Positions 39,710 through 51,957 of a stretch of 61,051 nt of DNA are shown here, piece after piece. The position numbers were made by a program, and so were the translations under genes. This DNA is from Chiloscyllium plagiosum (taxonomy: Eukaryota), in NCBI RefSeq assembly GCF_004010195.1, contig NC_057746.1:30908413-30969463 (forward strand), read 5' to 3'. Each line of letters starts with the position of its first letter. Positions within the stretch are counted from its first letter, which is position 1. The notes under the pieces were generated by a model that saw only the letters and a list, made by a program, of their open reading frames with translations, was not told the DNA's origin and made no database searches.

Positions 39710-40814
39710 ACTCTCCCTCCTCACTCGGGGAGGGGGGACACGAACCCCACAGTCCATCGTAACTGGACCAGACCCCTCAGGGGCTGAGGTGGGTGGGTAA
39801 GGCCGCTCAGGACTTGTCCAAGCCACAAGAACAGGAGGGTGACAAGGTCTTGTCTGTGGTGACTGGGGACTGAGGTGGGGGTTAGTTACCCTGAGGGTAC
39901 CCTGAATGGTCATGATGAAGGAACAGGCCTCCTCCCTCCCTCCCAGGCCTTTATGTCAGGCACCACCCCCATCCTGATTGGGGAATGTTTTCCCAGATAC
40001 ATGGAGGGGTGACCCAGCAATGGGAGTGCAGCAGATTTCTGAACCGCTGTCCACCAGGGGGGCCTCAGATTTTCATCAACATTTTAAGAGAGTCTAGTAT
40101 AGTCCAAGACTTGGAGGTTCCTGCAACGGATCCTCCTGCTGTCGACCCTGGGGGTGAGATCGAGGCAGGGGTGTGCCTGCCCGGTTACCCTGGGACAACA
40201 CCTTTCACTCAATGTGGGGGATGGTGTCAGGGGTCAGAGGTGATGACCTGGAGGAGAACTGGGTGTTGGTCAGGAGCACCACTGAATTAGAAGTGGTGCT
40301 CGCGGATGAGGTCCCCCTCATTCCCATCGGAGAACTCCAGGAGATTTTCCAAGCGGTGCTCTGTCACTGAGACAGAGTCTGGTTGGAGGTAGATCGGTGG
40401 ACTTTTCTACTGTTTCTGGTCATGTCTCCCCGCCAGCTCTTGGTAACCGCGGGAATGGACAAGAACACAAAGAGGTTGTGCCAGGGATTCCTTTGCAGTG
40501 TCCTTAGGGAGTGGAAGGGAAAAAGCGTCTGTCCGCTACCCCACCCCTACCCCGCTCACTAAGTTGGGTTTCATTGTTTTAACTGGTGTGGTGGTACATA
40601 CTGCAGCCATGAAGACATCCATTGCCAACCTCAATGTTAACAGTAGCGGGAAGGCTCAGCACAGATTCTATATCCTCTCCCTCCTCAGGGAATGGAAGTA
40701 CACGGTGAGCCTCCTGCAGTAAACCCAGACCATTTCAGGAGATGAAGCTTCGTGGCTCCTGGACAGGCAGGGAAGGGTCTTCATGAGTCACCTGACCTCC
40801 AATTCTGATGGGTG
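39710..40814 (+). mobile_element. Probable Tx1-like LINE fragment (ORF1 end and start of the ORF2 endonuclease)
   Basis: MKTSIANLNVNSSGKAQHRF..LREWKYTVSLLQ resembles an APE N-terminus. Confidence 0.55.
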
Positions 40815-41944
40815 NNNNNNNNNNNNNNNNNNNNNNNNNNNNNNNNNNNNNNNNNNNNNNNNNNNNNNNNNNNNNNNNNNNNNNNNNNNNNNNNNNNNNN
40901 NNNNNNNNNNNNNNNNNNNNNNNNNNNNNNNNNNNNNNNNNNNNNNNNNNNNNNNNNNNNNNNNNNNNNNNNNNNNNNNNNNNNNNNNNNNNNNNNNNNN
41001 NNNNNNNNNNNNNNNNNNNNNNNNNNNNNNNNNNNNNNNNNNNNNNNNNNNNNNNNNNNNNNNNNNNNNNNNNNNNNNNNNNNNNNNNNNNNNNNNNNNN
41101 NNNNNNNNNNNNNNNNNNNNNNNNNNNNNNNNNNNNNNNNNNNNNNNNNNNNNNNNNNNNNNNNNNNNNNNNNNNNNNNNNNNNNNNNNNNNNNNNNNNN
41201 NNNNNNNNNNNNNNNNNNNNNNNNNNNNNNNNNNNNNNNNNNNNNNNNNNNNNNNNNNNNNNNNNNNNNNNNNNNNNNNNNNNNNNNNNNNNNNNNNNNN
41301 NNNNNNNNNNNNNNAATTGATGATAACAGCAGGGGTTTCAATCCCCAATCAGGCTGGTGTGGCTTTGTAATCTGACTCCTTGCCTGAACCACAATGGGTT
41401 GGGATTACATTCAGTCAGTCAGCTGAGGAAAAGTTTGGAACTGATGTTGCTTAGAGGGATGTGAAGCGTACTCTCATCTGGGGACCATCGGGAAGCAGGG
41501 GAAGGAGAGCATTGCATTTGCAATACTTCTCTAACAACACAGACTAAATTACAACTGAGAATTGAAGATGTGACTCAAATACTGGTGTGGGAGTATTTTA
41601 CACATGGGGCACAAACACCAGTGCTAGAGAAAAGTGGAACGGTACCATAAAGATAGGCTGCTCTGGAAACATACAAGAATTAGAGTTCTGGTGATTCTAA
41701 ACTAAAAAAATGAGTGCAAGGCTTTATAGATGAGGAAATTTAAAAAGGTAACAAGGAAGAATCGTGCAATCACGTGGAGCAGTGACACAGATAATGATAG
41801 AGAAAGGAAAGGAGTTTTGAGAAGGATGGTTCTCATGGTTATGGAAGGAAGTTCAGAATAGCATGAAACAGAAAGAAATATTGTAAAAATCTGTAAAAAA
41901 TTAATGGTTGCTCAACAGATTGGGCAGAAATCAAGAAATCAGGC

Positions 41945-42262
41945 AGTTAGATAGGCTGGACAGCGAGAGCCTTTTTCCTCAGATGGTGATGGCCAGCATG
42001 AGGGGATAAAGCTTTAAATTGAGGGGAGACAGATATCAGAGGTAGTTTCTTTATTCAGAAAGTAGTAGGGGTGTGGAAAGCATTGCGCGCAACAATAGCG
42101 GACTCCCCAACTTTAAAGGTATTTAAATAGTCATTGGATAGGCACATGGATGAAAATGGAATCGTGTCAATTAAATGGGCTTCAGATTGGTTTCACAGGT
42201 CAGCGCAACATCGAGGGCTGAAGGGCCTGTACTGTGCTGTAATGTTCTGTGTTCTATGTTCT
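41945..42262 (+). mobile_element. CR1-like 3' end
   Basis: Tail gggctgaagggcctgtactgtgctgtaatgttct..gttctatgttct. Confidence 0.75.
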
Positions 42263-42976
42263 TTTAAACAGCAAAAAATGACTGTAAATCATTATTAAAT
42301 GTAAATATTTTCATCTGTTAACTATGAAAACTTAAAAAGGAAAATAATCAGTTGTAAGCAGAGAATGAGAGAAGGCTAGTTCATAAAGTTAAAACATAGT
42401 GAGAGTATATATAAGCATTGGAATAAGAACACTCTAACTGAAATTAGTGATAGTCCTCTGGAGAGTGAGTCCTGGAAATTGACAATGGAAACAAAGGAAT
42501 TATGGAAGCATTGTCAATATTTTATGTGTAATTTCACAGTAGAAGACTTTGAAAACTTCCCAAAGATAACTGAAAGTCAAAAGATGATGGTGAGGTAAGA
42601 ACTAAAAACAATCATCGACATGAGAGAAAAGATGTAAGAGAAACTATTTTGCCTAAAAGATAACAAATCCTCAGGGTTAGTTGGCTGCAATCTTCGGTTT
42701 TAAACTAATAATGACAGCGATAACAGAAGTGTTAGCTAGAGTCATCAGAATCTCTGGAGATTCTGGGAGAGTTGAGTGGATTGAGAAATAGCAAATGTTA
42801 TGAAAGTTCATAATACTTCATTGTTACCTGAGAACCTGGATTCTAAAGTGGAAGAAAGAATGATTTTAATCTTTTAGTCCTGAGAAGTATTTTTTCTTTC
42901 AAGGCGAAAAAGTTATTCTAAACTTTTAATTCAAAACAGTATTTGTCAGAAGTCATGACTTTCTTTTGTTAAATGA

Positions 42977-43585
42977 TGTGATGATGATGCTGCTTTAACA
43001 AGGTGATGTTGTTCTTGGTTTTTCTTTTAGAAAGGTTGTAAAAGACACAAACTCTGAAAACTCTGGGTTTGTATGGGATTTCGGGCCAATTTGATTATAG
43101 CAAAGAGATACTGCTTCAGGCAAAAGGCTTTCAAGTTTAAAAAAAAGCACTTGTACAATGAAAGGGGAGCAGCCAATGCTCCCAGCTCAGCTTTACTCTG
43201 GTTTGGTTTGAATTTAGCACAGTAGTGTTTTGAAGCTGCTGGACCCAAAGAAGCAAGTCCATGCTGATCCCCCTCTCTCTGACATCTTTCCTGTGTTTGA
43301 TATTACCTTTTGTGTCAAAGGTGTTTTTAGGGATTGTTGCAGGTATTGGGAACAACATCATGATCTGTTGGGTTTTCAGAGAGGTTAAGTTATTCGGTAC
43401 TCTGTTCTCTTTTAATTGTGTTTCATTCAGTAATCTTGTAAATAAATTGAGATTTTTGAAACCCCAGTGGGTTGCCAGCTGCTCACTCCCGTAATATCTG
43501 CATTATACTTGCTTAAAACAACTAGCAGTGTTAAGGTTTGGGCCACTTTCTTGAAATGTTTTGAGGTCTGGCCGAGTCCAAAACA
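42977..43585 (+). repeat. Solo LTR, about 609 bp
   Basis: TG...CA termini, 4-bp TSD ATGA on both sides, internal aataaa at about 43440. Confidence 0.6.
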
Positions 43586-44019
43586 ATGAACAGCAAGTCA
43601 CCCAGGGATATAACTGTCAATGTGCTTGTTGACTTGATTTTTATGATCATCAGAGAAGAAAAGAGAGGGAGAGCCTTAAGCCAGTTGATATAGGGGTAAG
43701 AGGCCCATGAGAGCAGAGGTGCTGTAATTAGAGGCAGTCGGGACTGAAGAGAAGTCATGTTATGTTTTAAAGTTTATAAGAAATAAGGCTCCAGAAGCAA
43801 AAACTGGGATATCAGAGAGGGAGGCATCCCACATGGCTGTTGAAGACACAACATTATGGAAGCAATGTTAAGTAATAGTGATCTGAGTTAGTAATTTATT
43901 CCAAGGACCTTACGGAAAGACATTCACTGAAGAAAATAGCACCTAGTGACTGTACAGATATTTACCAACAGGAAACCATTTACAGCCATGACAACTGAGC
44001 AAGAATCTTTAACATGGGG

Positions 44020-45040
44020 AGAAGGGTGAATCTTCATTGGAGTTTGAGTGGCTGTGAGAGTTTTTCAGGCATAAATTGGTTGAATCTTTCTGCTTTTTGT
44101 AGTGGGATCTTCCAAGAGATATTAGCACTTGCTTTGTATAATATAGTTCACGTTATTCTTCTGTACTGTTTTGCTATAAGTACATTGGGAGCCTTCTGTG
44201 AACATATTCAGTGACTGGTCTCCATGGTAAACAGAAGACAACTTATGATCCATCTCGGTAGTTTCACGCTGATACATTGTCTCATATCATCAGACGGCAT
44301 CATAACAACATTAGGGCTATTTGTGAGATCAAAAATCTTTTAAGTTAAGAGTAATCTATGATGTGGAGAGAATATGTGGAGGGAAAGGAGGTATAGTCAG
44401 GAGAGTTTTGTAAAGTGTATTTCATGGATTGGAATTTTGAAAAAATGCTGTGACAGTTTCTGAAACTTTCTGGCATTGGAAAAGGCAATTGTAGATTACT
44501 TGAAATTATTAACTAAGGTTGCACTGAGAGGCTGAGTAAAAATATTAGAAACAGAAGTAAACACAGGATTTCAGAAGGATGATATATTTAAAAACATTTA
44601 CAGACAAAAAAAATGAACATGTAAAATGAATGTATCACTTCAAGAATTAGAAAAGATTCAGTCTGAAGTGAGAAAAAGAAACATTTAAATTGCAGGTAAA
44701 ATAGAAGAAAAGACACAGGGACATGGAAAGAGAAATGGAAAGAGAGAAAATGACAAAGGAAAAACAATGAAATGTGGAAGACTTGAACTTTAAGCAGAAA
44801 GAGAGAGAGAGAGAGAAAGACAGACAACTTAGAACCTGCCTACAGTGTGGCAATCAGGGTGAATATTCATTGGATTTTGAGTGGCTGTGAGGATTTTCCA
44901 GGGATAAAGTGGTTGAACCTTCCTTTCTATTGTTTATAATGAGACTTTTCAAACAATTTTATCTCTTGCCTTGTGTAATATAGTTTGTGTTATTCTGTAC
45001 ACTAAATGTTAGTGTTCTTTTGCAATAGGTACATTGGTGT
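44020..45040 (+). mobile_element. Possible internally deleted LTR element: diverged direct repeats (about 44020-44220 and 44857-45040) around a purine-rich gag-like stretch
   Basis: Both repeats start agggtgaat.ttcattgga.tttgagtggctgtgag. Confidence 0.4.
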
Positions 45041-45049
45041 TTTGTGGGA

Positions 45050-46030
45050 AGTATGAGGTTGTGCAGTTTAGCAGGAAGAATAGAGGAACTAAATAATATT
45101 GAAATACCAAAAGACTGCAGAAAGCTACAGCACAGAGGAATTTGGATGTCGTTGTGCATAAATCATAAAAATATAGTTTAAATATTAAGCAGGTAATAGG
45201 AAGTAAAAGGAATGTTGGTCACTGTTTGAAAGGGAATGGAGTATACAAAATGGAAGGTTTTGCTGAAAACATACAAGGTACATTACACAGCACCCAGAAT
45301 ATTGTCAGCAGTACTGGTTCCCTTACATCAGTTTTGTAATTTATGGGTGACACCAACAACATCAGCTCCAATTGCTGCAATGATTGAGATTACCATGAAG
45401 AAGTTTCTTTGTAAACCTCTTCCCTTGCCGATTGCATGGTGGCTCTCATGTTAAACCACCACCTGTCATCTCTGCTCAGTGGGAGAGCAGCCCTATGATT
45501 TCATAAGGACACGGTGACGTTACCTTTACTTGTTTTTAACCTAAGGAAAGATGTAATAGCATTAGACACAGTCCAGAAACATTTCACCTGTTCCCAGGTT
45601 TGCAGGGATTTTATAATGAGGAGAGGTGAAATGTTGCTGTACTTCTTGGTGTTTCGAAGAGTGAGCGGAGACCCTGCTGAAACATATTATATTCATAGAA
45701 GGCGCAACAATATAGATAGAGCATAGAACAGAGAGCGGAGATGGTTTTCCCTGGTGGGAAAGTCTCAACCCAGAGGACACAAACTCAGAATAAGGTGTGG
45801 TCCATTAAAACAGAGATGAAGAGGAACTTCTTCTCTCAGATGGTAGTGAATCTGTGGAGTTGTTTGCCACAGGGAATATTCAAGGATGAGATAGACAGAT
45901 TTATAATCAATAAGAGCATCAAGGGATTTGGGGAAAAGTCAAGAAAATAGCATTCATGATTATCAATCAGCCATGATCACACTGAATGGAGAATAGACTG
46001 GACAGGCTGAATGGTCTTTTTTCTGTTGTT
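45050..46030 (+). mobile_element. Old CR1-like fragment with an interrupting insertion
   Basis: KTEMKRNFFSQMVVNLW. Confidence 0.7.
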
Positions 46031-47020
46031 CCATATTATGGTCAAAAAGAGGGTGCTGAAAGATGTTTTACCTCATTTCAAAAGGTGGCTAAGAGATGTT
46101 TGGGCCTTCATGTTAGAATGGGTCCAAATAGGCAAAGCTATGAATGTGTACAGTGGCCTGTTCAGTACAGCAGTCTGCAGATTATTAAACTGCTTAATGG
46201 GCACAAAGCTGATGAATTTGTCTCTGAAGAATATTAATTTAAGAATGAAAGCCAAACAGATATTTATAGAATTGTAAGAGAAAAGAAATGTGATGGAATC
46301 AGTGGATTTGATCACTGAAGCTAGAGAAAACATGTGAGAATGTGAGAGAACTCATGATTTGGGAACAAATCTGAAATAGAGTTCTGCTTACTCTTAAGAT
46401 TTATCCAGATGAGCATCAATTATCAAGAATCCAAGAAGCACAGGTTCTAGTGGATAGCTATAATATCTGACAGGCAGTTTCACTTCGCGAAATGGTCCTG
46501 TGGGAATCCACAAGGAAACTGGAGGAACAGAAAAACTGGTGATGGAAAACTTAGTGATGTTTTGGGGAACAAACAGAAAATGTCAAAAATACTGAAAAGG
46601 AAATTCTAGAATCTGAAATTGAAACAAAAATGTGTCAATTATAATAAAACTGAACAGGCTTAACCTCAATGCTGGAACTGAAATGGGACAATGATTGCAG
46701 AATCAGGAATATAGAAGGAATCCCAGGAAAGATGTTCTCAGGAAAGGAGATGGCCATTAAATTTATTCCAGTGATACAGATGGAGTGTATTCACTGAGAG
46801 TCTGCTCGAAGGGAGAAATGAGGTAGGACAGTCAAGAAAACTCTTTCTCGTACATTGTAAAAGAAAAAGACCATTGGGGTCCGTGAATTTTAATATCAAA
46901 ATGAGAGCTATGTCACTGTACTGTCCACATACACCTGAACCACCACCAGCAGCAGCAAGTGTCACAGACTGCAGGTCCCAGCCGGCAGGAGGCAGTGTGG
47001 GAGATTATGGGGTGGATGTG

Positions 47021-50000
47021 TCAGTGACCTTTCAGCCCGCAGATTGTCAGGGGGCTAGAATTCTTTCCGCTGTCGTGTGGCCCCGGGTGGAACAGTGGGA
47101 AGAGCCTCTCAGTGAAAGTGTGGCTGAAAGTGTGGAGATGGGACATGGTGTCCGCATTGTAAAATGACACCTGGCCCCCCTCATAGTCCAGGAACACGCC
47201 GACCTTCCGGGGATTCCCACTCGGGGACAGCGCAGTCACTGGATCAGTCCCAGCCAGGTACATCTGGTCATGTCTCAGCCACACAGTCCAGTATCCAGAC
47301 TGGGGACACAGATCGATTCTCCCCTTCCTCACGGCATTCCCTCGGGTCACTCCCACACGCCACCAGGTCTTCCCCCCCACCTCCACCTCCCAGTAATGTC
47401 TCCCTGATGTGAAGCTCTCCGATGCCAGCACACAGAGCCAGCGGTCAAACCTGTCCGGGGAGTCAGGGAGCTCCTGCAGTGTGTTGCCGACTCTCACACT
47501 GGTCCGGTCCTCAGACAGGATCAGCCGGGGGTGCGCTGTGTTCGGATCCAGAGTCAGACAGGCTGGAGCTGGGGGGGGGGGGGGGATATGTATAAATAAC
47601 ACAGTCAGCCATCGAGTTCCTCTCTGTCAGTCTCCCAACCGCCTCCCTCGGGAGATTCCCGGGAATCCCAGGGTTTCTGAAGGGATCCAGGTTCTGTCAT
47701 TAGCTGTGGGTGTGCGCTCAGTCCCCACACATCACCTTCTCTTCTGGCACTAACTCCGGATTCTGCAAAGTTGTAGCAGATTTCACAAACTACTGGTTAC
47801 CTGGGGACAAGCTCCAACCCTCCATCATCACAATGTGATGCTGTCATTTTGTATCGGCATCAACGCTGGAAGATGCAGCATTGTACAAGAACACTGACGG
47901 TTAGATACGCGGGGGATAGACACTGGGGAATATTAAAAATAATAAGCTCCGTTCATATTAAAATATAATTAATATTGCACACCAAGACTGAAACTGCAGG
48001 CTTTTAGCAGGAAAACGAACCATCGAAGCAGGGAAACAGGTGAGGGAGGAATATTGGATCAGACAGAAATTGCTGGAGAAATTCAGTCGGTCTGTCTGGC
48101 AGCGTCAGTGGAGAGAAAGCAAGGCCTGAGTTTCAAATGCAGCGAGGGAAAGGTGATATTTAGACCGATCATAGGGCGGTGCTGAATGGGTCGGTCCAGA
48201 CGGAGCTGAGAGAGTGAAAGTTAGACAGAGGGATGGTTGCTAGTAACCAGGGAAGATGGAAAGCTGACAGTAGGGACATGTGCGGGTTGTTCTGAAAGGA
48301 GCTCGTGTCATAGCGGTGTGGGGTGAGTCCCAACAGGCTGCAGAATCCCCTGTTGGGCAGTTCTTCCGGCTGGCGCTGAGCTTCACTGGAATACTGCTGT
48401 AAACCCGAGACAGAGGTATTGGTCAGGGAACAGGCTGGGTGGTGAATTGGCAGGCCAACTGGGAGCTCAGGCGCTTTTCTGTGGATTGAAGTAGGTGTTC
48501 TGAGAATGGGTCACCCAGTTTAAGCTTCCTTTCCCCAATGTAGAGGAGACATCCCTGATGAAGGGCTCATAGCGGAAACATCGACTCTCCTGCTCCTCGG
48601 ATGCTGCCTGCCCTGCTGTGCTTTTCCAGCGCCACACTTTAACACAATGTAGAGGGGTCATTGTGAGCAGCGAGTGCGGGAGACCAGCGGTAAAACGCTG
48701 CTTCACCTGGAAGGTATACAGTATTTGTGTCCTTGGACACTGAGGAGGGAGGAGGTAGATGGAAAATGTGAGGCTCACTACTGGGCACACTGCTGTCCTT
48801 TAATAGTGAGAGACTGGGGCAGTTCAATCCAGAGCCATGGTTTAAATTCCCACTTTGGAGCGTCACTCTTGCTCTATTATATTTGGGGGGAAAAGGCGCC
48901 ATAGGAAACCTCCATCATTTCGTTTATTGTTTAGTTGCTAAGACTTTTCATTCACTGTGTAATTAATCAAACTTTCCCATCACCTGACTTCACTGTAAAG
49001 GAGGTCATTGTAAAATGGCAAACTGAGAAAACATAATTTTTTTAAAAAATCAATAGACAACCGAGCTGTCAGATAAAACATTTCTCCCTAAAACTGCCCG
49101 GAAACTGCCCCTGCGTCTGTCTGTGCAGAAAGTGCTCCCCCCTAGTGATGGAGATGGGACATGGGGCTCACATTGTAAAATGATACCTGTCCGCCCTCAC
49201 AGTCCGGCGATACCCCGATCTTCCGGGGTCCAGAAATGTCCCCGAAATCTCTCTGAACCCGTGTCCTTGGTATTCCGATCTATCACACGGAATACTGATC
49301 TCCCCAGTCTGCTGCAACCCCCAGGCCCCTGCGTTAAAAACACCCCGTCCGTCCAGAACACCGGATTCTCAGGACCCTCAGCTTCCCATTCCCCCGTGTT
49401 TCCCACTTCTTTGTGCTCTCCAATTCCCTGCATTTACCGTTTCTTTGCGGTCCCCATTTCCAGGAGTTTTCCAGGTCCTTGTGCTTCCCACTCCCCCGTG
49501 ATTCCTAGTTCCATGAGCTTCCCAATTCCCTGTGTTTACCATTCTCCAGTGGTTCCCAGTTCCCTGTATTTCCCAGTCCCCCGTGATTCCCCCGTGGTCA
49601 CCTGCCCCCTGGGGTTCCCAGTTCCTTGTATTTCCCACTCCTCTGTGGTCCCAGCTCTCTGCGTTTCCTACCAGTTCCTTGAGCTTCCCAGTTCCCTGCC
49701 CTGTGATTCCCCAGACCCTTGTGGCTCCCATTTCCCTTGGTTTCCCAGATCCTGTGTTTGTCAGTGCCCTGTGATTCTTACTCCCCTGTATTTCCCAGTT
49801 CTCATATTTCCTACTCCCATGTCATTCCCAGATCCTGTAATTCCCCGTTCCCCGTGTTGCCCATTTACCTGTAATTCCCAGTCCCCTGTGTTTCACACGC
49901 CCAGTGATTCCCAGCTCCTTGTGTTTCCCAGTTCCCTGTAATTCCCAATCGCCTGTGTTGCTCAGCCCCCTGTCACCCTCAGCCCCAGCGGAGTGACCTC

Positions 50001-51957
50001 CCAGTCATTCAAGGGTTACACAAAGTGACAGCGTATGATGCAGGTCAGGGAACAATCCCAGATCATCATCTCTAAATTCCAAAAACGGGACCAGCTCAAA
50101 AGGACTAGGGGAGAGGATAAAGAAGACACCAGCGGAAGAGAAGACCAAACGAACAAAGTCAGAAAGACAAGCCGCTGACGAAAAGGAGTGTGGAGATAAA
50201 CTGAACTAAAATGAAACTGGGCTGAGCGAGTGGAAGCCAGAGCAGATCCCACAGGGGGGAGGGAGGGAAACAGCTGGCATGGGGAACCTGGGAAGGGAGA
50301 GAAAAAAATACTGTGGACTTCTGGTTCTATTCAGGAGAATGTCGCCATCCTTTCAAAAGATGCTCTACGATAGAATTGGGCGGTCTGTCTTGCATAGAAA
50401 TACGATAACATTTCGGAGAAAGGAATCAACCTGAGATTTACCAGGATTAATGACAGCGACCATTTCTCTCCACACTGTATACTGTAATGGTCCGTGGAAT
50501 TTACCGATGGACAGAGCGGGGTCTGCGCTTGGCAGTCCATTATCCCGGTGAGTCACCCTGCACACAACAAAGGCCTTGTTATGGATTGACCAGAACCATT
50601 TCCTTAAATTATTTTACGAAACCGTGGAAAATTGAACTAGGAAGTATGCCTTACCTCCCCTTTCGACAGGATTCCTCCTGAAATAAATCAAACACAAATC
50701 TGAGATTGCAGACACGGACTCTCTAAATCCTGACACCAACCTTCTACACCCAGATTCGGAACCTTGAACAGCCCGGTGATAATATCGCTAAGCCTTCACC
50801 TCCCCAGGAGCTCTGAATAATGGGCAAAATTGATGATTTATATCAGTCCCGTTGATCTCCCTGCCCTTTTTTAACTTCAATTTCCCACCTGATATAGAAT
50901 CGGTCCCGCTTTCTGGTTCACTTGCTTCTGCAAAGTTGAGAGTTTCTCCTCAATGGAATTTAAATTCTCCTGTATTTTCCAAAGATTCTCCAATAACGTT
51001 TTGAGAATTCGCTCCTCTTCTTCCCTGAGATCTCGGAGTAAAGTCTGTTCTTTCTCAGTGAGAATCTGGTGCATTTTAGTGAACTCTGATTCGATGTGGC
51101 TCTGCAGGCAGTTCGCCTGTTCCTGTGGAACGAGATGTGAAACATCACTAATGTCCCACCTTAAAGTGAACAAAACTAACCCAGATCCCAGAGAATCAGC
51201 TCAGGGAGATTTTACCCGAATCTGGGAAATCTGCTGTTTCTGCTCCCGCTCCATTTCTAGAGCTGCTGATTTTTTATCTGTGAGAGAATCCAAGGAAGAT
51301 TTCACCCGATCCTGGGATTGGGAGAGAAAATCAGAAAATAAAAGTGTTAGACCATGAAAATGTGATGAAATAATCAGAGGATGGAATGTGTTTCCTTTTA
51401 CCTTGTAGATTCCAACAGCTTCTGTAACCGGGATGAAGCGGTGCTCCCTGTGTTCCCGGGAATCTCTACAAATCACACAATTCAATTTCTTGTCAGTTTC
51501 GCAAAACAGCTTAAATAATCAGGGGATGGAATCTGTTTCCTTTTACCTTGTAGAGTCCAACAGCTTCTTTAACCGGGATGAAGCGGTGCTCCCTGTGTTC
51601 CCGGGAATCTCTACAAATCACACAATTCAATTTCTTGTCAGTTTCGCAAAACAGCTTCAGTTCTTCCTGATGTTCCTCACAGTGATGTTTACTTTCCTTC
51701 TCTTGCAGATTCGGATTTAATTTTCGAGCTTTCTCGGCCAGATTCGCTAAGACCCGATTTACCCTGAGCTTTCTGTTCGGAAACTCCTGTCTACATTCCG
51801 GGCAGGAGTTTCTCTCCTGCTTTTCCCAGCTCTGGGTGGTACAGGAGCGGCAGAAGTTGTGTCCACAATCCAGTGAAACCGGATCGGTGAAGAAATCCAG
51901 ACAAATGGGACAGATTACCTCCTGGATCCAACTCTCTCGTTGCTGTCTGGAATCCAT
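47021..51957 (-). CDS. TRIM-E, full-length RING/B-box/coiled-coil/PRY-SPRY (B30.2) protein, predicted 475 aa (TRIM39/TRIM27-like). Exons 51957-51547, 51311-51216, 51122-50889, 50677-50655, 50557-50442, 47568-47021
   Basis: 411+96+234+23+116+548=1428 nt in phase; PRY-SPRY motifs [42 protein letters not shown]. Confidence 0.92.
48060..48790 (-). mobile_element. Old Penelope-like element 3' part (GIY-YIG remnant) in TRIM-E intron 5
   Basis: Reverse strand cctctacattgggga (LYIG) and FQVKQRFT; terminus acagaaattgctggagaaa..ctggcagc. Confidence 0.55.
48547..48644 (+). mobile_element. Nested Penelope-like short insertion with a degenerate hammerhead
   Basis: ctgatga-agggctcatagcg-gaaac-atc; 11-bp TSD caatgtagagg (48536-48546, 48645-48655). 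Confidence 0.75.
49140..49380 (-). pseudogene. Degenerate second SPRY exon remnant
   Basis: Reverse translation [27 protein letters not shown] vs [27 protein letters not shown] in TRIM-E. Confidence 0.75.
49381..49975. repeat. Degenerate pyrimidine-rich minisatellite (ttcccagttccctgtg-like units)
   Basis: Directly visible. Confidence 0.8.
51368..51657. repeat. 145-bp tandem duplication of the B-box 3' end and 5' splice site of TRIM-E
   Basis: Copies 51368-51512 and 51513-51657 differ at about 4 positions. Confidence 0.9.

Noticed and set aside
23897-41392. Long ORFs made mostly of X residues
   Set aside because: They are artefacts of N-gaps (24102-24601, 26332-26400, 33563-34005, 37387-38004, 40815-41314)
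47021-47568. A single SPRY exon shared by TRIM-D and TRIM-E
   Set aside because: D is on the opposite strand, so it cannot splice to this exon in cis
49123-49941. 272-aa Pro/Ser/Cys-rich ORF
   Set aside because: It is a translation of a stop-poor minisatellite and the antisense of the SPRY relic
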